Source: an uncultured Flavobacteriales bacterium
Lineage (GTDB): Bacteria; Bacteroidota; Bacteroidia; Flavobacteriales; BACL11
Reading direction: 5' to 3'
DNA length: 64,000 bases
NCBI GenBank assembly: GCA_913063045.1
Contig: CAJXYM010000004.1
Coordinates: 27,144 to 91,143 of the forward strand
This document shows positions 58,523 to 64,000 of this stretch, in pieces. The notes beneath the pieces were generated by a model that was not told the DNA's origin, made no database searches, and saw only the letters and a list, made by a program, of their open reading frames with translations. A program made the translations under genes and the position numbers. Position 1 is the first letter of the stretch; each line of letters opens with the position of its first letter.

Positions 58523-60838
58523 ATGTCTAAGAATTTAGTTATTGTTGAGTCACCAGCCAAAAAGAAAATTATTCAGGGTTTTTTAGGAAAGGATTTTATT
58601 GTTGAATCAAGCATTGGGCATATAAGAGATTTGCCAAAAAAAGGAGGGATGTCTATTGATATACAAAATGGATTTGCTCCTAATTATGTTGTTTCTGAGG
58701 ATAAAAAGAAGGTTGTTAATGTATTGAAAAATGCAGTGAAAAAAGTAGATACTGTATGGCTTGCAACTGATGAGGACAGAGAGGGTGAGGCTATAGCTTG
58801 GCACCTGACTGAGGCATTAAAATTAGACGCCAAAAAAACTAAGAGAATTGTTTTTCATGAAATAACTAAAAAAGCTATTCTAAAGGCAGTAGAGAACCCA
58901 AGAACTCTAGATATAAATCTTGTTAATGCTCAGCAAGCAAGACGTGTTTTAGATAGATTAGTTGGTTTTGAATTATCTCCTGTTTTGTGGAAAAAAGTTA
59001 AGCAAGGTCTTTCTGCGGGACGTGTTCAGTCTGTTGCCGTTAGATTAATTGTTGAGAGAGAAAAAGAAATAATGAATTTTAAATCAAATTCTGATTTTAA
59101 AGTCATTATTTACATGCTTAATTCTCAAGGGGAGATTATTAAAACTGAATTGTCAAAAAGATTTAAAGAATACGATCATGCGCATGAGTTTATAAAAAAA
59201 TGTCAGCAGGCAAATTATAAAATTGAAAATCTAGAAAAAAAAGCAGCTAAAAAATCTCCTACAGCACCATTTACAACATCTACTTTGCAGCAAGAGGCTT
59301 CAAGAAAATTAGGTTTTTCTGTAAATCAAACAATGACAGTTGCTCAAAAATTATATGAATCTGGTAAGATTACTTATATGAGAACAGATAGCGTAAATCT
59401 TTCTCAAGATGCGCTTGAAGCTGCTGAAAATGAAATCGTTAAGCTATATGGAAAAGAGTTTGCTCATAGAAGAACATTTTCAAGCAAAGCAAAAGGGGCA
59501 CAAGAGGCTCATGAGGCTATAAGGCCTTCTTATATGGAGAACAAAACAATTGACGGAGATTCTTCTCTACAAAAGCTATATAGCTTGATATGGAAAAGAA
59601 CTATTTCTTCTCAAATGTCTGATGCTAAAATTGATAGAACTGTAGTTACAGTTGGTATGTCTAATTCAGATGATAAGCTTATTGCAAGAGGAGAGGTTAT
59701 AACTTTTGAAGGATTTATGAAAGTGTATTTAGAAGGAAAAGATGATGAAAGCCAGTCTGAAAAAGGTGTTTTGCCTATTATGGAGATTGGTGAAGTTTTA
59801 GATTTGAATGAAGGAATTGCATCGGAACAGTTTACAAGGCATCCTGCAAGATATACTGAAGCTAGTCTTGTGAAGAAAATGGAAGAGTTAGGAATTGGAA
59901 GACCCTCCACATATGCGGCAACTATTACAACTGTCCAAAAAAGAGGATATGTAGAGAAAGATACAAGAGATGGGTATGAAAGAGTTTCAAAAACAATTGA
60001 GCTTAAAAATAATGTAATAGAAGAAAAAGAAGTTTCTTCTATTACAGGAGCAGAAAAAAATAAATTATTTCCAACAGACGTTGGTGTTGTGGTTACAGAT
60101 TTTCTAGTTGATAATTTTAATGATGTTATGCAATACAGTTTTACTGCAAGCGTTGAAAATGAGTTTGATCAAATAGCTGAGGGTAAAAAGGTTTGGAATG
60201 AAATGATTGCTAGCTTTTATAATAAATTTCATGATCAAGTTAATATTGTAACCGAATCATCTGGAAAAGCATTAGGTGAAAGAATACTAGGTGTTGAAGA
60301 GAAGTCAGGGAAAAACTTATATGCAAGAATTGGTCCTTTTGGTCCAATGGTTCAGCTTGGAGAAAGAAGTGAAGATGAAAATGCGCCAAAGCCAAAATTT
60401 GCTTCACTTTTAAAAGGACAAACTATTCAAACAATAACTTTTGAAGAAGCAATGAAGCTTTATGATCTGCCAAGAACTGTAGGTACTTTTAAAGAGCAAG
60501 AAATTGTTGCTGCCATTGGAAGATTTGGTCCATATTTGAGATTTGACGGAAAATTTACATCTATTAAAAAAGATGATAATGAAGATCCTTTAACAATTAC
60601 TCTTGAAAGAGCTATTGAATTAATTGAATTAAAAATTCAGGCTGATAAAGATAGGTTAGTTGCAAATTTTGAAGGAGAGCCTTTAGTTCAGGTTTTAAAT
60701 GGAAGGTATGGTGTCTTTATACAAATTACTCCCGCAAAAGGAAAAAAGATTAATGTAAAAATACCAAAAGATCAAGATCCTAAATTGTTAACTCGAGAAG
60801 ATTGTTTAAATTTGATGGATAACAAGCCAAAAAAATAG
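58523..60838 (+). CDS. topA: DNA topoisomerase I (type IA)
   Basis: TOPRIM (LVIVESPAKKK, ATDEDREGEAI) and catalytic Tyr context ITYMRTDS. 771 aa. The C-terminal domain has three Cys-free G(R/P)(F/Y)GP-type repeats. Confidence 0.95.
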   Translation: MSKNLVIVESPAKKKIIQGFLGKDFIVESSIGHIRDLPKKGGMSIDIQNGFAPNYVVSEDKKKVVNVLKNAVKKVDTVWLATDEDREGEAIAWHLTEALKLDAKKTKRIVFHEITKKAILKAVENPRTLDINLVNAQQARRVLDRLVGFELSPVLWKKVKQGLSAGRVQSVAVRLIVEREKEIMNFKSNSDFKVIIYMLNSQGEIIKTELSKRFKEYDHAHEFIKKCQQANYKIENLEKKAAKKSPTAPFTTSTLQQEASRKLGFSVNQTMTVAQKLYESGKITYMRTDSVNLSQDALEAAENEIVKLYGKEFAHRRTFSSKAKGAQEAHEAIRPSYMENKTIDGDSSLQKLYSLIWKRTISSQMSDAKIDRTVVTVGMSNSDDKLIARGEVITFEGFMKVYLEGKDDESQSEKGVLPIMEIGEVLDLNEGIASEQFTRHPARYTEASLVKKMEELGIGRPSTYAATITTVQKRGYVEKDTRDGYERVSKTIELKNNVIEEKEVSSITGAEKNKLFPTDVGVVVTDFLVDNFNDVMQYSFTASVENEFDQIAEGKKVWNEMIASFYNKFHDQVNIVTESSGKALGERILGVEEKSGKNLYARIGPFGPMVQLGERSEDENAPKPKFASLLKGQTIQTITFEEAMKLYDLPRTVGTFKEQEIVAAIGRFGPYLRFDGKFTSIKKDDNEDPLTITLERAIELIELKIQADKDRLVANFEGEPLVQVLNGRYGVFIQITPAKGKKINVKIPKDQDPKLLTREDCLNLMDNKPKK

Positions 60839-60851
60839 AAAAAACTAACTT

Positions 60852-62009
60852 ATGTTTGATTTAAAATCATGTTTTTATCCTATTGAAAATGATTTGTTTG
60901 AAAAGAGTGATTGGTTTACCACTCAGATTGGATCTAATATTGATTTTCATTCAACTGAAAAATTTCCTGATTTTAAATTTGCCGAAGTTGCTTTTTTAAG
61001 TATCAATGAATACGAAGGTTCAGATAACTCTTTATCTAATAAGCCATGTAAAATCAGAAAAGAGTTATATGAATTGCATATTGATAATAGCCCTAGAATT
61101 TGTGATTTAGGAAATTTAAAGCTTGCAGATAATCGAAAGGAGTCTTTTAAGATTATCGAAAATGTGTGTAAAGAATTAATTTTCAATGGAATAATTCCCG
61201 TCATTATAAAAGGTGGGCAAGATATTTCTTATGCTGTTTATAAGTCATATTCAGGTTTAAAAAAAAATCTCTCTATTTCTGTCGTTGATAATTGTTTTGA
61301 TATTGGTCATGAAAAAGATATGTTATCCAATAAATCTTTTTTTGGTAAAATTTTAAGTACAAAACCAAATACTTTATTTAATTACTCTAACATTGGTTAT
61401 CAGTCTTTTTATGTGTCTAATATAGCTTTGGAGATGTTAGATTCTCTTTCTTTTGATGCTATTAGGCTGGGTGATGTTAAGGCTTCAATTTCATCTGTAG
61501 AGCCTATTTTAAGAAATACTGATTTTTTAAGTTTTGATCTTTCTTCAATTCAAAATATTTTCGCTCCAGCTAATAGGTACGGTTCTCCCAATGGTTTTAA
61601 TGGAGAGGAAGCTTGTCAGATTATGAGATATGCTGGAATTAGTGATAAATTAAGTTGTTTAGCTATTTCTGAATATGATCAAGATTTAGATATTCACAAT
61701 CAAACAGCAAAACTAATTTCTCAAATGATTTGGTATTTTTTACTTGGCTATAGGTCCAGAAAAAATGAGCTTAACCCGAACGTTAAAAATTGTATTAAAT
61801 ACACTGTTTCTTTTGAAGATGGAAAGAATGAAATAGTTTTCTATAAAAGCAACCTTAGTGGAAGATGGTGGATGGGAGTGCCTTTTAAATCGGATATTAA
61901 AAATCAATTAGATTGTTATTATGTCGCCTGTTCTTATTTAGATTATGAGATTGCTAATAAAGGAGAGGTTCCCGAAAAGTGGATTAAAACTTTTAATAAA
62001 CTAAGTTAG
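60852..62009 (+). CDS. Arginase/formimidoylglutamase-family (ureohydrolase fold) protein, metal ligands apparently degenerate
   Basis: 385 aa. Overall pattern resembles proteins annotated formimidoylglutamase in Flavobacteriia. See the finding on its motifs. 13-nt gap after topA. Confidence 0.6.
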   Translation: MFDLKSCFYPIENDLFEKSDWFTTQIGSNIDFHSTEKFPDFKFAEVAFLSINEYEGSDNSLSNKPCKIRKELYELHIDNSPRICDLGNLKLADNRKESFKIIENVCKELIFNGIIPVIIKGGQDISYAVYKSYSGLKKNLSISVVDNCFDIGHEKDMLSNKSFFGKILSTKPNTLFNYSNIGYQSFYVSNIALEMLDSLSFDAIRLGDVKASISSVEPILRNTDFLSFDLSSIQNIFAPANRYGSPNGFNGEEACQIMRYAGISDKLSCLAISEYDQDLDIHNQTAKLISQMIWYFLLGYRSRKNELNPNVKNCIKYTVSFEDGKNEIVFYKSNLSGRWWMGVPFKSDIKNQLDCYYVACSYLDYEIANKGEVPEKWIKTFNKLS

Positions 62010-62093
62010 AAATTCAATTTACTAACAAATAATTCTTTAAAAAATCTTCGGTTTTGGCAGGTGTTTTTACCAATTTAGTGGTCTTTGTATTCG

Positions 62094-62101
62094 TAAATTT
62101 G
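62094..62101 (+). promoter_or_regulatory. Bacteroidetes -7 promoter box TAAATTTG upstream of the PorP/SprF gene
   Basis: Exact TAnnTTTG match, 58 nt before the ATG at 62160. Confidence 0.35.
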
Positions 62102-62159
62102 CTAAAAAATGTTTAATTTAGCGCAAAAAATTCCTAGTTTAGTTAACATTTAAAACTAT

Positions 62160-63068
62160 ATGAAAAAAATATTTATTCTTTTATTACTATGTTCATCTAC
62201 TGCTTTTGTGTCTGCTCAACAAGATGCTCAGTTCAGTCAGAACATGTTTAATAAACTAGCTAATAACCCTGGTTTTGCTGGAAGTAATCAAGCAATATCA
62301 GTTACTGGACTTTTTAGGTCTCAATGGACTGGATTTGAAGGAGCGCCAAAAACTACAAATATTAGTGCTCATCTTCCTGTTTCTGGATTAAATGGAGGAT
62401 TAGGATTAAGTATTATTTCTGATGAAATTGCTCAGTTCGAAAATACATCTGTTTCTTTTAGCTATGCTTATAGAACTCAATTAGGTGCCGGTCAAATAGG
62501 CCTTGGTGTTAATTTAGGCCTTATTCAAAGTGGCTTAGATGGTACTTTATTAAATCCTGCATCTGGAGGCGATAATGCAATTCCTAATGAAAGTATTACC
62601 GGAAGCGCTATGGATTTAGGTTTTGGAGTTTATTATAATACCCAAGATGTTTACTTTGGTTTATCTACAACTCATGTTAATAATCCTAGCATTGATCGCT
62701 CTGACAACACTTCTTATGATCTTGCTCAGCATTACTTTTTAATAACTGGTCTTTATCATGAGCTTAATAGTAACCTATCGCTTAATCCATCAATTTATCT
62801 TAAATCTGATGGTACCACATCTCAATTAGATATTAATACAAACATAATTTACAACGATAAGCTATGGGGTGGTCTTAGCTATAGACTTGATGAAGGTTTA
62901 GTGATATTAACTGGTGCTGAGATAATAGAGGATTTAAAGATGGGTTTAGCTTATGACATCGTGTTCAGTAATATAAATAAAAATAGTGTTGAGGTTATGT
63001 TAGGATATAACTTTAAAATTAAGACAGAAAATCAACTTAAAAAATACAAGAATCCAAGATTCTTATAA
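62160..63068 (+). CDS. Type IX secretion system membrane protein, PorP/SprF family
   Basis: Signal peptide, then the family-typical N-terminus AQQDAQFSQNMFNKLANNPGFAG. 302 aa, beta-barrel-like alternating pattern, ends in F-L. Confidence 0.8.
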   Translation: MKKIFILLLLCSSTAFVSAQQDAQFSQNMFNKLANNPGFAGSNQAISVTGLFRSQWTGFEGAPKTTNISAHLPVSGLNGGLGLSIISDEIAQFENTSVSFSYAYRTQLGAGQIGLGVNLGLIQSGLDGTLLNPASGGDNAIPNESITGSAMDLGFGVYYNTQDVYFGLSTTHVNNPSIDRSDNTSYDLAQHYFLITGLYHELNSNLSLNPSIYLKSDGTTSQLDINTNIIYNDKLWGGLSYRLDEGLVILTGAEIIEDLKMGLAYDIVFSNINKNSVEVMLGYNFKIKTENQLKKYKNPRFL

Positions 63069-63114
63069 AGACTTGTTTAACTCACTTTGTTAAAGTGAAA
63101 AATAAATATAATTA

Positions 63115-64000
63115 TGAAAAAAATAATTTTAATTAGTTCAATTTTTACCCTTTTAATTTCTTGTGGTCAATCTGGAAATGGGGAGTTAGTGGGAGTTCAA
63201 CAGCGTGATGCATGGAATCCAACTGATCCTTATGGAATGGTTTTTATTCCTCAGGGAAGTTATGTTATGGGTCCTTCTGATCAAGATGTGCCATTTGCTA
63301 ATGTTTCAGCTGCTAAAAGAGTGTCAGTAGGAGCATTTTATTTAGATGAGACTGAAATCACTAATAATGAATACAGACAGTTCACGAACTACGTAAGAGA
63401 TTCATTAGCTCATATTATTTTAGGCGAAGCTGGAATTGAAGGTCATTTAATAGAAGAAGATCAATTTGGTAATTTCCTTGATCAACCTAAAATTGACTGG
63501 AAGACTAAAATTAGATGGAATGATGTCGAAGTTAGAGAGATTCTTGAAGATGAAATGTATGTTTCATCTAGAGAGAGATTTAATAGTCAAAGAGAGTTTG
63601 ATACTAGAAAGTTTATTTATAAATATCAAAACCTTGACCTTCAAGATGCTGCTATAAAAAATAATAGAGAAAATGATGCTACTGGCGGAAGAGATAGGAG
63701 TGAATTTTTATCCACAGAAGAGTTAGCTGTTTATCCTGATACTTTAGTTTGGATGCATGATTATGCTTACTCATTTAACGAGCCTTACACAAAAAATTAT
63801 TATTCTCACAGTGCTTTTGATGATTATCCAGTTGTTGGAATTTCATGGAAACAAGCTGTTGCATTTACAAAATGGAGAACGTTAATGATGAATAGATTTA
63901 GAAAAGCATCAAATCAACCCATTTTACCTGATTTTAGATTGCCTACTGAATCAGAATGGGAATATGCTGCTAGAGGAGGACAAGATTTATCTCCATATCC
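63115..64000 (+). CDS. gldJ: Gliding motility lipoprotein GldJ (FGE-sulfatase/SUMF1 fold), N-terminal 295 codons; runs off the window
   Basis: Not in the ORF track because it has no stop in the window. Hand translation: MKKIILISSIFTLLISCGQSGNGELVGVQQRDAWNPTDPYGMVFIPQGSYVMGPSD...RLPTESEWEYAARGG. It has a lipobox LISC. The long insertion between the FGE-like segments fits GldJ better than GldK. Confidence 0.7.

Noticed and set aside
62053-62070. Sigma-54-like element TGGCAG-gtgtt-TTTAC upstream of the PorP/SprF gene.
   Set aside because: A -24 GG is present, but the invariant -12 GC is missing (TTTAC instead of TTGC). A single partial match in AT-rich DNA is not evidence.
63084-63098. Hairpin CACTTT-gtt-AAAGTG between the PorP/SprF gene and gldJ, considered as a terminator or attenuator.
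   Set aside because: The stem is only 6 bp and AT-rich, with a 3-nt loop and no downstream T-tract. It is probably not a functional terminator.

Overview
Visibly AT-rich, very gene-dense window (about 65 protein genes, many 1-17 nt start/stop overlaps). I found no rRNA, tRNA, CRISPR array, transposase, integrase or phage-like gene. Gene content and order point to a streamlined member of the Flavobacteriia (Bacteroidota). Supporting evidence: gliding/T9SS genes (gldE-gldD after mutY-ssb, gldB-gldC next to nadE, a PorP/SprF gene followed by gldJ); a T9SS-sorted M43 metalloprotease; exact Bacteroidetes -7 promoter boxes (TAnnTTTG) in most intergenic gaps; and no obvious Shine-Dalgarno sequences. 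The centre holds a complete Bacteroidetes-type dcw cluster (mraZ-rsmH-ftsL-ftsI-murE-mraY-murD-ftsW-murG-murC-ftsQ-ftsA-ftsZ, without murF, ddl or murB), followed by convergent groES-groEL. The rest is housekeeping: mgtE, rsmA, Mla-like ABC pair, fumC, prfB, recX, rng, hup, rplU-rpmA, serS, recQ, kdsD-tatC-lptB, purS, pssA, lnt, engB, miaB, a sigma-54 activator, lptE-like, secG and topA. I see no convincing novel multi-gene system such as a defence island, toxin-antitoxin pair or biosynthetic cluster. This looks like conserved core genome. The observations most worth a second look are small-scale: a phased triple AGTGG repeat upstream of mraZ (candidate MraZ operator); near-perfect in-frame tandem repeats in the FtsZ linker; an untracked 29-aa hyper-basic microprotein gene between hup and rng; an arginase-fold protein with apparently degenerate metal ligands next to porP-gldJ; promoter boxes placed so that recX, an MFS gene and gldB would be leaderless; prfB without the usual programmed frameshift; and convergent genes sharing stop codons with no terminator space. 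Hand-counted coordinates may be off by 1 nt.
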